Shown here: in pieces, positions 1 to 9,219 of the stretch | Layout of the letters: every line of letters starts with the position of its first letter | Numbering within the stretch: position 1 is the first letter of the stretch | Source: an uncultured virus (IMG/VR IMGVR_UViG_3300031857_014466) | Taxonomy: Duplodnaviria > Heunggongvirae > Uroviricota > Caudoviricetes | Length of the DNA: 59,323 nt | Reading direction: 5' to 3' (one strand) | Virus record (IMG/VR): IMGVR_UViG_3300031857_014466 | Position numbers and translations under genes: made by a program | The notes under the pieces: model-generated | Told to the model about the DNA's origin: nothing | Database searches by the model: none | The model's input: the letters and a program-made list of their open reading frames with translations, nothing else

Positions 1-3000
1 AAAAGATTTGCTCAACTGAAAAAAGATTTAGAGGTTGGTACTGAAAAAATGAAAAAAGCAAAAGAAGAAGCTGATAAACAAACAAAAGAATTTGTATCAA
101 AGTTTAAACAAAGAAAATCTTCTGAAGGAGAAAATTTAGATGCGGAAAGTACTGAAAATGGTTCTTTACTCATTGGAGTAGAACATGGTGAAGGAACTCA
201 AAGCACAAAAGAAACTATTAATCAAATTACATCACTTCCAAAAGATGCAAAAGTAATGTTTGTTGGCGAAGGTGGTGTTGGTAAAGATGATAGTGGTAAG
301 ATTGATTTTGTAGGAGAGCAAGCTGAAATTAGAGATGCATTTTTAAATCACTTTGAAAATGGTGTAGAAGCAAGTTGGGATGAAAATGGAGATGTAAGAA
401 ATTCAGATTCTCCTATATTTGATGAAATTGCAAAAACATTTGGCGGTGATAAAGATAAAGCATTAGCATCGGTTTGGACTAATATGATTGGGCAGGGAGA
501 TGATTTAGCTGCCGAAGATTATCTTACCGATAAAACAAAGGAATGGATTGTGGGGGAAGCTAAAAAAGGTGGTAGTAAAGAATTTGATGGTGATGTAGAT
601 TGGGAAAACCTTTCTGATGCTCAAAAGAAAGACCTTTATGAGTTAAACTTTAGAGATGACCAAAATTATGGTGAAACCGAATTATCAAAAGGTCAACAAT
701 CATTTAATGATTATAGACAGAAAGAAATAGATAGAAAAATAAAAGAGGGTGAGGAGCAGGGATACACTGTAATTGCAACAATGGGTAATTCTCACGTTGA
801 TATGTGGAGAGAAAGAAATAAAGGTGAACAAAAACCTGAGCAACCATCCGTTGAACCAAAACAACCATCAGCTGAAAAGCCTGAAGAGCCAACTAAAGAG
901 CCCGAGCAACCAAAAAAACCTGATGTAACAATTCCTGGTAAAGAACCTGGAAGTGTTGTTAAAAAAAGTGATGGTAAACCAGATGTAACATTACCTACTA
1001 AAAAAGAACCATCTGCAGAAAAACCTTCTGATACTGAAAAGCCGGAGGACAAAAAAGATGATGAAAAAGATATCAAAAAAGAAAAACCTGGACAAGAGGC
1101 TACATCATCTTCTGGGCAAAAAATTTATAGTTTAGGTGGTGGGTATTATTCTGATAAACCAAATGGTAAAGCAAGATATGTAAGAACCGAATGGATTGTT
1201 GATTTGGCATTTTCTGATATTATAACTGAAGATGTATTTGCATTGTTTGAAAAGACAATTTCAGCAACTTTATCAAATGGTAAAAAAATTAAAGTACAAG
1301 AATTACCACCAAGAGCACAAAAGAAAGCAACATACAAAGCTAGAAAAGCGGCAGCGGCATATAAAGAGCCTGAGCAAACACCTCAAGCTCCAAAAGGTGA
1401 AACTCCACCAACGGATAAAAAAGTTCCACCGCCACCGCCTGTACCACCTAAAAAAGCAGAAGTTCCACCACCACCTCCGCCACCACCAACGGCGAAGAAA
1501 TCGGATGAACCAAAAAATACATTTGAACCAATCCCAGCACAAGATGTAAAATCGGAAATTCCACAAGCTGACCCAGAAACATTTGGAGCTCCTTCTGATA
1601 TTCCGGATGGTATTGATAAAGCAGATTTAGATAAATTTAATACTGATATAAGTAAAGTGCAACAAATGGTTGCTGATGCAAAAGCTAAAGGTGAAAAAGC
1701 ACCTGATATAAATTTGTGTGATGTAACTGTACCTGGTACTAACTTATATTGTGATGATAACTTAGGTATTCCAAGAAACCAAATGCCACAATTCAAAGGT
1801 AGACCGGTTCCGGGCAGTAAGGCAGAAAAAATGCCACTAAACAAAGATGGTGAAGTAGATACCGAACCGGTGTTTAGAGAAATGCTAAAAGAAAAAGGAA
1901 TTACAACAACTCAAACTGAGGTGGCTGCTGATAAATTGAAAGCAACACAATCAGAATTGGGTGGTGATAAAGTAGTTGGAATGATGGGAGCTTTGGAAAA
2001 AGACCCTAATAATCCGGGCATAACAGGTCCTATATATGTTAGTAGGGATGGATTTGTAATTGATGGGCATCATAGATGGGCTGCAATAGCAGCATACAAT
2101 GCAAAATATCCGGAAAAACAAATACCAATGAAATGCGAAGTTATTGATATGGATATTAAAGATGCAATTCCAATGTGTAATAAGTTTGCAGAAGAAATAG
2201 GAATTGCAGCTAAAAAGCAAGGTGAAACAACTGGTAAAGCTGGTGAAGAACAACCAAAAGGTGAAACCCCACCTAAAAAAGTAAGTTCAATAAAAAACTT
2301 TTCTGAAAAAATTAAGCAAAAAATATCCAAATGGAAAGAAGATGAAAAAGAATATTTTAAAAAAGGATATTACAAAGCAGGGTCAGAACCACGTAGAACA
2401 ATAGCTCAAACAGTAAAAGATAAAGCAAGAGGTGCATGGAAGGCTGTAAAAGATGGATTTAAACATGAGGTAGAAGAATTCAAAACTGCTGGAAAAGCTA
2501 TTGGGAACTTATTTAGTAAACCTGGTGGCTGGAATGATTTATCACATCACGAAAAAGATGCCCTTAAATCTGTTGGTGTTAAGATAGTAACTACTGCACT
2601 TTTTGGTGCAGCTTTGGGTGGATTATCCTATGGAGCTGTTGGATTTGCTAAGCACGTTGCTATTGAATTTGTTCCTCACGTTGTTGCTGAAACTTTCTTA
2701 AAAGGAGCTGGTAGAGCTGCATTATTTGCAGATGCGGAAGGTGAATCGGAAATGGATGCACAATTTGTTAAATTCGCTGAAATAATAGCGGATGGTTTGG
2801 AAAACATGAAAATCAGTCCTGAACAAATGGATGCGATGATTGATTCGTATAATAAAAAGAAAGAAGAAGATAATATGAAAAAAGAAACTTCAGTAATTGA
2901 TGAGATAATGTTAGAAATTTTTAACGAAGCAAATAATGACCCAAAGTTAGCAGCTAGAAGTAAAGAAACTGGAAAGATAGTTTACTTCAAAACAAAGCAA

Positions 3001-4581
3001 TCTAAAGATGCGGCAATTAAATCAGGTTCTCACGAAGACCCTAAAAATAAAACTTCTAAACCATCTAAGCAAGAACCAGCGGGCGCAGCATTATTTAAAG
3101 GAGATGCGGAATATCAAAAAAGATTAGCAAAAGAAAAACCAGCAAAAGTAGAACCAACCAAAGGTTCTAGAATTATAGGTGGTAAAGATAAAACGCTTTC
3201 TAAAGTAGATACTTTAAAATCAAAAGAATTTACACAAAAGCAAGTTCCGGACGATGTAAAGTTTTCTGATAAAAATAAAAAATTCCAAGTAGGGCCACCA
3301 CCACAACCATATAAATTGCCAAAAGAAATGTATGCCGGTGCAAAAGTTCCACCAAGACATTTGAAAGCATTGGAAAGAATGATGAACACTAAATTTAGTA
3401 ACGAAACAGCTAAATGGTCACATTTCTCCGATTTGCCAGGTGGGGCAGGGCAGATATCAGCACAAGCTGGAGAATTAATGACAATGATTGGTACAACTTT
3501 AGATGATAAACAAGCCGAAGCATTTTATAATTCATTAATAGAGCATGAACAAAAACAAATACAATCAAATCCAGATTTAAAAATAGAAGGAAAACGAATT
3601 GTAACAAAAAGTTGGATTCAGGCAGCTATGAATAATAGAAAAGCAATTAGAAATAGATTAGCTAAGGAATACCCTGGTGCAACAATTGAAGCTGGTAGTT
3701 GGGATACTCAAGGTGAAGTTGAAGCAATGGGATTAAAAGATTATAAAAAGAATAAAGGATTTTCAACAGACGCATATTTTAAAATAAAAACAAAAGATGG
3801 TAATCAGATTTTAGATGAAGTATCTCTAAAAAAATCAACAGCCGTAAACTTTTTAAATTCTGGCACAGGTAAACTATCTGAATGGGATAGTAATATTTCT
3901 GATGAAATTAATCCTGTTGTATATCAAAAAAATCAAAGAAAAGCATTATTTGATTTTGGTTCAAAAAATTTGAAAAATTTACAAAAATTAGCTGCTAAAG
4001 ATCCTGAATTTCAAGCAATAGTTAAATCTAAAAAAATTACATTAGAACAAGCATTAGAGAAATTAAAAGTAGGTAAAGGTAGTAGAGATATTAATAAAGT
4101 AGTATTATCAGCTATTGCATCTGCAGCTAAAAAAGGAGATAAAGCATCTACAAAATATCTTCAACAAGTTCAAGAAACTCATAAAAAGCATCAAAAAGAT
4201 GTAATTACTGCATTGGGAAGTAATAATAAGTTAAAGCAAGGTATGTTAGCATCAATTAGGGAGGAATTTCCATTAAAAGCAGTTGGTGAGGGTGAAGAAT
4301 CAATGGCTATTGGACCTAATTCATTAGATAGAGCAGTATTAAAGAATATATTTGATACGTCTGATTTTGAACAAATTAAAGAAGGTTTATTTGCTGTAAC
4401 AAACGAAGAACCACCTTATTTGGCATATAAAGCTGGTAAAAAAGGTAGAGTAATTCCTATTGCAACTATTGGTGTGAGAGAAGATGGTGTAGGATATGGT
4501 GGCCAAATTAAGTTTGAAATGCAATTAGATAGACGATTTGCAAAAATATTAGAAGCGGCTAATAAAAATATTTACGGATAA
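1..4581 (+). CDS. Giant multidomain phage protein, 5'-truncated (TIKI/EreA-like domain, Pro/Lys/Glu linker, ParB/Srx-like domain, hydrophobic hairpin, PD-(D/E)XK-like domain); possibly virion-packaged
   Basis: Frame is open from base 1 (KRFAQLKK...), so the true start lies upstream. Motifs: LIGVEH..VGEGG..MGNSH; LKATQSE..IYVSRDGFVIDGHHRWAA (ParB-like); STDAYF..DEVSLKK. Confidence 0.6.
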   Translation, partial: KRFAQLKKDLEVGTEKMKKAKEEADKQTKEFVSKFKQRKSSEGENLDAESTENGSLLIGVEHGEGTQSTKETINQITSLPKDAKVMFVGEGGVGKDDSGKIDFVGEQAEIRDAFLNHFENGVEASWDENGDVRNSDSPIFDEIAKTFGGDKDKALASVWTNMIGQGDDLAAEDYLTDKTKEWIVGEAKKGGSKEFDGDVDWENLSDAQKKDLYELNFRDDQNYGETELSKGQQSFNDYRQKEIDRKIKEGEEQGYTVIATMGNSHVDMWRERNKGEQKPEQPSVEPKQPSAEKPEEPTKEPEQPKKPDVTIPGKEPGSVVKKSDGKPDVTLPTKKEPSAEKPSDTEKPEDKKDDEKDIKKEKPGQEATSSSGQKIYSLGGGYYSDKPNGKARYVRTEWIVDLAFSDIITEDVFALFEKTISATLSNGKKIKVQELPPRAQKKATYKARKAAAAYKEPEQTPQAPKGETPPTDKKVPPPPPVPPKKAEVPPPPPPPPTAKKSDEPKNTFEPIPAQDVKSEIPQADPETFGAPSDIPDGIDKADLDKFNTDISKVQQMVADAKAKGEKAPDINLCDVTVPGTNLYCDDNLGIPRNQMPQFKGRPVPGSKAEKMPLNKDGEVDTEPVFREMLKEKGITTTQTEVAADKLKATQSELGGDKVVGMMGALEKDPNNPGITGPIYVSRDGFVIDGHHRWAAIAAYNAKYPEKQIPMKCEVIDMDIKDAIPMCNKFAEEIGIAAKKQGETTGKAGEEQPKGETPPKKVSSIKNFSEKIKQKISKWKEDEKEYFKKGYYKAGSEPRRTIAQTVKDKARGAWKAVKDGFKHEVEEFKTAGKAIGNLFSKPGGWNDLSHHEKDALKSVGVKIVTTALFGAALGGLSYGAVGFAKHVAIEFVPHVVAETFLKGAGRAALFADAEGESEMDAQFVKFAEIIADGLENMKISPEQMDAMIDSYNKKKEEDNMKKETSVIDEIMLEIFNEANNDPKLAARSKETGKIVYFKTKQSKDAAIKSGSHEDPKNKTSKPSKQEPAGAALFKGDAEYQKRLAKEKPAKVEPTKGSRIIGGKDKTLSKVDTLKSKEFTQKQVPDDVKFSDKNKKFQVGPPPQPYKLPKEMYAGAKVPPRHLKALERMMNTKFSNETAKWSHFSDLPGGAGQISAQAGELMTMIGTTLDDKQAEAFYNSLIEHEQKQIQSNPDLKIEGKRIVTKSWIQAAMNNRKAIRNRLAKEYPGATIEAGSWDTQGEVEAMGLKDYKKNKGFSTDAYFKIKTKDGNQILDEVSLKKSTAVNFLNSGTGKLSEWDSNISDEINPVVYQKNQRKALFDFGSKNLKNLQKLAAKDPEFQAIVKSKKITLEQALEKLKVGKGSRDINKVVLSAIASAAKKGDKASTKYLQQVQETHKKHQKDVITALGSNNKLKQGMLASIREEFPLKAVGEGEESMAIGPNSLDRAVLKNIFDTSDFEQIKEGLFAVTNEEPPYLAYKAGKKGRVIPIATIGVREDGVGYGGQIKFEMQLDRRFAKILEAANKNIYG

Positions 4582-4612
4582 AAACTGAAAATACCCTTTC
4601 ATCCGAATTTTC

Positions 4613-4621
4613 ATATTTATA
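4613..4621 (+). promoter_or_regulatory. Putative phage late promoter ATA(T/C)TTATA
   Basis: Intergenic; the same 9-mer recurs at 6059, 26535, 32525, 49731, 51430 and 56912, each just upstream of a gene start. Confidence 0.55.
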
Positions 4622-4646
4622 CATAAGAAAAAAAGGGAAGAAAGGA

Positions 4647-5075
4647 ATGAAAACACAGTTATTATGTACGTTTACAACTAAAGGTGAGTTACAGAATACA
4701 TTACAATTAATCCGTGAAACTTATCACATAGTTTATAATTACATTTATATTCTCCAAAATAAGGCGAATTTAGATGAGTTATTTATCACGTACAACATTG
4801 ATACCGCATTCCAACCGGATACACCGTTGGAAAACACTATTTTAATACATAGAAAGAAAGAATCAAACACATTATATACTATTAACGCACTAAATGAACT
4901 TGTAAAAGAAGAAAATGGTGGTGTATTAGATAATTCATTTGTCATTAATTGGCAGAAGTTTAAAAATTCAATCATATTAACAAACGCCGAAGGTACTAAG
5001 AAAATTCAGACAAGAGTTTTTGAAGTAATTGATTTTGGTGATGGAAAAGAAGTTATAACTAACGAAACTAAATAA
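4647..5075 (+). CDS. Hypothetical phage protein
   Basis: 142 aa ORF following the putative late motif; no recognised domain. Confidence 0.7.
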   Translation: MKTQLLCTFTTKGELQNTLQLIRETYHIVYNYIYILQNKANLDELFITYNIDTAFQPDTPLENTILIHRKKESNTLYTINALNELVKEENGGVLDNSFVINWQKFKNSIILTNAEGTKKIQTRVFEVIDFGDGKEVITNETK

Positions 5076-5082
5076 TTGTATA

Positions 5083-5916
5083 ATGTTATTAAAAAAAGGT
5101 GATAATAACGAAAACGTTAAATTAATGCAGGAGAAATTAGGAATCTCTCCAGCAGTTACTAACTTTGGACCTAAAACTGAAGCAGCTGTAAAAGAATTCC
5201 AAGCTAAGCATGGTTTACCTGCGGATGGTATAGTTGGTGATGCAACTTGGGCTAAAATAATGGGAGAAGGAACTCCGGCTCCAGCACCTGCAGCTCCAAT
5301 AGCACCTGTTGGTGGATTAAAATTGGACAAACTTAAAGGACATATTCCTGATGCAGTAATTCAAATGATTCCTGATACTGCGGCAAAATTCCAAATCAAT
5401 ACTCCCCTAAGATTGGCACACTTCTTAGCACAATGCGGACATGAGAGTGGTGGATTTAGAGCAACACAAGAAAACCTAAACTATTCAGCAAAAGGTTTAA
5501 TGGGTATATTCAAAAAGTATTTCCCAACCGAAGCAATTGCAAATGCATACCAAAGAAACCCACAAAAGATTGCTAACAAAGTATATGCATCTCGTATGGG
5601 TAATGGTGATGAGGGAAGTGGTGAAGGCTACAAATTTAGAGGACGTGGTTATATCCAATTGACAGGAAAGGATAACTATACTGCATTTGGTAAAGCAATC
5701 GGTGAAGATATCCCATCTAATCCTGATGTAGTAGCATCTAAATATGCTTTACTTTCAGCAGCATGGTTCTTCAATAAGAATAAATTACACATAATGGCTG
5801 ATGGTGGAGCAACTGATGCAGTAGTAACATCTATTACTAAAAGAGTAAATGGTGGAACTATCGGATTGGCAGACCGTATAAAACACTTTAAAGAATATTA
5901 TCATTTGTTAGCATAA
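5083..5916 (+). CDS. Endolysin: peptidoglycan-binding domain plus GH19 (chitinase/lysozyme-like) domain
   Basis: FGPKTEAAVKEFQ..L.ADGIVG (PG_binding_1); RLAHFLAQCGHESGGF, FRGRGYIQLTG, ITKRVNGG (GH19). Confidence 0.92.
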   Translation: MLLKKGDNNENVKLMQEKLGISPAVTNFGPKTEAAVKEFQAKHGLPADGIVGDATWAKIMGEGTPAPAPAAPIAPVGGLKLDKLKGHIPDAVIQMIPDTAAKFQINTPLRLAHFLAQCGHESGGFRATQENLNYSAKGLMGIFKKYFPTEAIANAYQRNPQKIANKVYASRMGNGDEGSGEGYKFRGRGYIQLTGKDNYTAFGKAIGEDIPSNPDVVASKYALLSAAWFFNKNKLHIMADGGATDAVVTSITKRVNGGTIGLADRIKHFKEYYHLLA

Positions 5917-5919
5917 AAG

Positions 5920-5945
5920 AAAGGGAGTTAAATACTCCCTTTTTT
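5920..5945 (+). terminator. Rho-independent terminator
   Basis: AAGGGAGT-taaat-ACTCCCTT followed by a T run, directly after the endolysin stop. Confidence 0.85.
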
Positions 5946-5946
5946 A

Positions 5947-5978
5947 TTTGGCATTGTAACAAATTTTTCGTATATTTG
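5947..5978 (+). promoter_or_regulatory. Bacteroidota sigma-A type promoter (-33 TTTG / -7 TATATTTG)
   Basis: TTTG-N20-TATATTTG. Confidence 0.8.
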
Positions 5979-6016
5979 TTACATCTTTTACCATAGAAAA
6001 TATACTGAAAAAAAGA

Positions 6017-6048
6017 TTTGGAAGTCTGAGAAATTCTTCGTATATTTG
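6017..6048 (+). promoter_or_regulatory. Bacteroidota sigma-A type promoter, tandem second copy
   Basis: TTTG-N20-TATATTTG. Confidence 0.8.
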
Positions 6049-6058
6049 TATTTCCATT

Positions 6059-6067
6059 ATATTTATA
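6059..6067 (+). promoter_or_regulatory. Putative late promoter ATATTTATA
   Basis: Recurrent intergenic 9-mer. Confidence 0.45.
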
Positions 6068-6153
6068 TGTGTAACGGAAGTGTAGGAAAGACACTATAAT
6101 CCAACCTTAAAACATAAACGTTTTAAAACTTAAACTCTTAAAATTTAAAAGAC

Positions 6154-6975
6154 ATGGCTATTAATTTAGACGCAATTAAGAGCAGACTTAACAAACTGCA
6201 AAACACCCAAAGAACTTCAGTAGAACTTTGGAAGCCAGCACCAGGCAAACACACAATCAGATTGGTGCCGTACAAATTCAATAAAGAAAATCCTTTTATT
6301 GAACTTTATTTTCACTACAACATCAACAACAAAACTTACTTATCTCCAATGAGTTTTGGCAGACCTGACCCTATCGTTGAGTTTGCTGACAAACTTAAAA
6401 GAATGGGTGATAAGGAAGATTGGAAAGCTGCTAAGAAAATGGAGCCGAAACTTAGAACATTCGTACCAGTATTGGTAAGAGGTGAAGAAGGTGAAGGCGT
6501 AAGATTTTGGGGCTTTGGAAAAACTGTATATCAAGAAATTCTTGGTTATATGGCAGATCCTGATTATGGTGATATTACTGACCCAAATGAAGGTAGAGAT
6601 ATTACTGTTGAAGTAGTATCAGCTGAAGACAGTGGTACATCTTACCCTGTAACAACAATCCGTGTTAAACCAAAAGAAAGCCCATTGGCTGCATCAAAAG
6701 CAGAAGTGGACAAATTCCTTAACGAACAAAAGGAAATTACCGAACTTTATTCTGAATTAACTTATGCAGAATTGAAGAACGTATTAGAAGGTTGGTTGAA
6801 TCCATCAGCAACTTCCGATGAAGAAAAATCAGTATCCGCTGAAACTCTTTCTTCTACCGCAAGTGATGAAGATGAAGCACCATTTGATACAACTCCATCA
6901 AAGAAAGCAGCACCTGCGCCAGCTAAGAAATTAGATGATGTAGCAGCAGCATTTGATGACCTTTTCAATTCATAA
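6154..6975 (+). CDS. Single-stranded DNA-binding protein, T4 gp32-like
   Basis: WKP..GKHTIRL.P, GVRFWGFGKTVY, DITDPNEGRDI and an acidic C-terminal tail (AFDDLFNS); first gene of the replication block. Confidence 0.85.
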   Translation: MAINLDAIKSRLNKLQNTQRTSVELWKPAPGKHTIRLVPYKFNKENPFIELYFHYNINNKTYLSPMSFGRPDPIVEFADKLKRMGDKEDWKAAKKMEPKLRTFVPVLVRGEEGEGVRFWGFGKTVYQEILGYMADPDYGDITDPNEGRDITVEVVSAEDSGTSYPVTTIRVKPKESPLAASKAEVDKFLNEQKEITELYSELTYAELKNVLEGWLNPSATSDEEKSVSAETLSSTASDEDEAPFDTTPSKKAAPAPAKKLDDVAAAFDDLFNS

Positions 6976-6992
6976 AATAAGTTATAAAGAAT

Positions 6993-8114
6993 ATGGCAAA
7001 AGCAACTAAAGAAGTTGATTTGGCAGCAGTGCTTGCTGAATCACTCAACAAACAATCAAAGGACCAAAGAGTAGCATTCTTTTTGGATTCTGATGAAGCA
7101 CCTACAAATGTGGACGGTTGGATTTCAACTGGAGCATCATTGTTGGATGTTGCCATCTCCAATAGACCTTATGGGGGTTTGCCTGTTGGTAGAATTGCCG
7201 AAGTGACAGGACTTGAACAAAGTGGTAAATCATTATTATCAGCACACTTACTCGCCGAAACACAAAAGTTAGGTGGTATCGCTGTGTTGATTGATACTGA
7301 AAACGCCGTAAGTAGAGAGTTCTTAGAAGCTATCGGAGTTGATGTATCTAAGATGTTGTATGTAGCAGCTGAGACTGTTGAACAATGTTTTGAGTACACC
7401 GAAACAATCATCGAAAAAGTAAGAACACAATCCAAAGATAAGTATGTTACGATTGTAGTGGATTCCGTTGCCGCTGCATCAACAGAAAAAGAAATGGAAG
7501 CTGATTACGGCAAAGATGGTTACGCTACTGATAAGGCAATCATTATCTCCAAAGCAATGCGTAAGATTACTAACTTAATTGGTAGACAGAAAATCACATT
7601 GGTTTTCACAAATCAACTAAGACAGAAAATGAACGCAATGCCTTTCTCTGACCCTTGGACAACTTCGGGTGGTAAAGCAATCGCTTTCCATGCATCGGTT
7701 CGTTTGAGATTAAAGAGTATGGGTACTATTAAGGCGAAGGAGAATGGTAATGAGAGAATCGTAGGAATCAAAGTACGTTGTCAAGTAGTAAAGAATAGGA
7801 TGGGACCACCGTTACGTTCCGCCGATTTCGATATTTTCTTTGATAGAGGTATTGATAACTATGGAGCTTGGTTATCTATAATGAAGGATAATGGTATTGT
7901 AAAACAAAGTGGAGCTTGGTATGAGTATGTAGATACTGATTCTGGCGAAGTGATTAAATTCCAATCCAAAGATTTTCCTTCAACATTAGAAACCAACAAC
8001 GAAGTAAAAGAGCAAATTTATAAAAGAATTTGCGAAGCAACAATCTCACAATACAAAAAAGATTCACTTGATACTGATAGTTTGATTTCAGACTCAGAAG
8101 TAATAGGTGATTAA
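6993..8114 (+). CDS. recA: RecA/UvsX recombinase
   Basis: GGLPVGRIAEVTGLEQSGKS, IDTEN, IVVDSVAA, FTNQLR, TSGGKAIAFHASVR, VVKNR. Confidence 0.95.
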   Translation: MAKATKEVDLAAVLAESLNKQSKDQRVAFFLDSDEAPTNVDGWISTGASLLDVAISNRPYGGLPVGRIAEVTGLEQSGKSLLSAHLLAETQKLGGIAVLIDTENAVSREFLEAIGVDVSKMLYVAAETVEQCFEYTETIIEKVRTQSKDKYVTIVVDSVAAASTEKEMEADYGKDGYATDKAIIISKAMRKITNLIGRQKITLVFTNQLRQKMNAMPFSDPWTTSGGKAIAFHASVRLRLKSMGTIKAKENGNERIVGIKVRCQVVKNRMGPPLRSADFDIFFDRGIDNYGAWLSIMKDNGIVKQSGAWYEYVDTDSGEVIKFQSKDFPSTLETNNEVKEQIYKRICEATISQYKKDSLDTDSLISDSEVIGD

Positions 8115-8128
8115 AATGTTACAAACAA

Positions 8129-9172
8129 ATGAAAGAACTTTACAAAAAATTACTTAACGAAGTAGAGACAGAACATGAATCCAACATTCAAAGAGTGAGG
8201 AATGGTAGAGTTCTTGTCATTGATGGACTAAATACCTTCATCCGTAGTTGGACTACCAATCCTACAATGAATGAGGATGGGGAACATACGGGTGGAGTTA
8301 TTGGTTCATTAAATTCAATCGGAAGTCAAATCCGCCAATTCAATCCAACTAGAGTTATCTTAACCTTTGATGGTAAGGGTGGTTCTAAAGGTAGGAAAGA
8401 ATTATTTGAAGGCTATAAAGCTGATAGAGGTAAGAATCGTTTTAGGGTGAATAGACAATATCCTGAAATGATGTCTCAAGAAGATGAGCAACTTTCAATG
8501 AAAAGACAATTTGTATGGTTGGTAGACCTATTAGATAGTTTACCAATTACAACAATGATATATGATGGTATTGAAGCAGATGACGTAATCGGACACATTG
8601 CTAAGCACGTATTAGCAGAAGATGAAGAATGTTATATTGTTTCAACCGATAAAGATTTTTTACAATTAGTAGATGAGAAAACATTTGTGTACTCACCAAC
8701 TAAAAAGAAACTTTACAATAGAGAAATTGTAAAAGAGGAATATGGATTATATCCACAAAATCTCCTTTTATTCAGAACATTAGATGGTGATAACTCTGAT
8801 AATGTACCTGGCGTAAAAGGTTGTGGGTTAAAGACAGTTCTTAAAAGATTTCCTGAATTATCCGAAGATAGAGAAATAACTTTTGATGAGTTCTTTCAAA
8901 TATGTGAAGATAAAAAAGGAGATGCAAAAATCTATGAAGATATTCTTGCAGCTAAAGATGATGTGTTAAGAAACAAACAAATCATGCAATTGCAAGAACC
9001 ACATATCAATACAAATACAAAGTTGAAAATAAATGATAGATTCGCTGAACCAAACCGAAAGTTTGATAAGATGGAATTTATTAAAGCCGCTATGAAGTAT
9101 AAAATTCTTCAAAACTGGAAAGACATAAACGATTGGTTAAAATCAACTTATACAAATATAATAGTAAAATAA
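8129..9172 (+). CDS. 5'-3' exonuclease / flap endonuclease (T4 RNase H / PolA N-terminal-like)
   Basis: VIDGLN, YKADR, IEADDVI, STDKDFLQL, GDNSDNVPGVKGCG. Confidence 0.92.
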   Translation: MKELYKKLLNEVETEHESNIQRVRNGRVLVIDGLNTFIRSWTTNPTMNEDGEHTGGVIGSLNSIGSQIRQFNPTRVILTFDGKGGSKGRKELFEGYKADRGKNRFRVNRQYPEMMSQEDEQLSMKRQFVWLVDLLDSLPITTMIYDGIEADDVIGHIAKHVLAEDEECYIVSTDKDFLQLVDEKTFVYSPTKKKLYNREIVKEEYGLYPQNLLLFRTLDGDNSDNVPGVKGCGLKTVLKRFPELSEDREITFDEFFQICEDKKGDAKIYEDILAAKDDVLRNKQIMQLQEPHINTNTKLKINDRFAEPNRKFDKMEFIKAAMKYKILQNWKDINDWLKSTYTNIIVK

Positions 9173-9204
9173 TTTGGTGATACCACCGAATTGTTGTATA
9201 TTTG
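9173..9204 (+). promoter_or_regulatory. Bacteroidota sigma-A type promoter
   Basis: TTTG-N20-TATATTTG, 15 nt before the helicase ATG. Confidence 0.8.
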
Positions 9205-9219
9205 TAAACCAATTAAATT

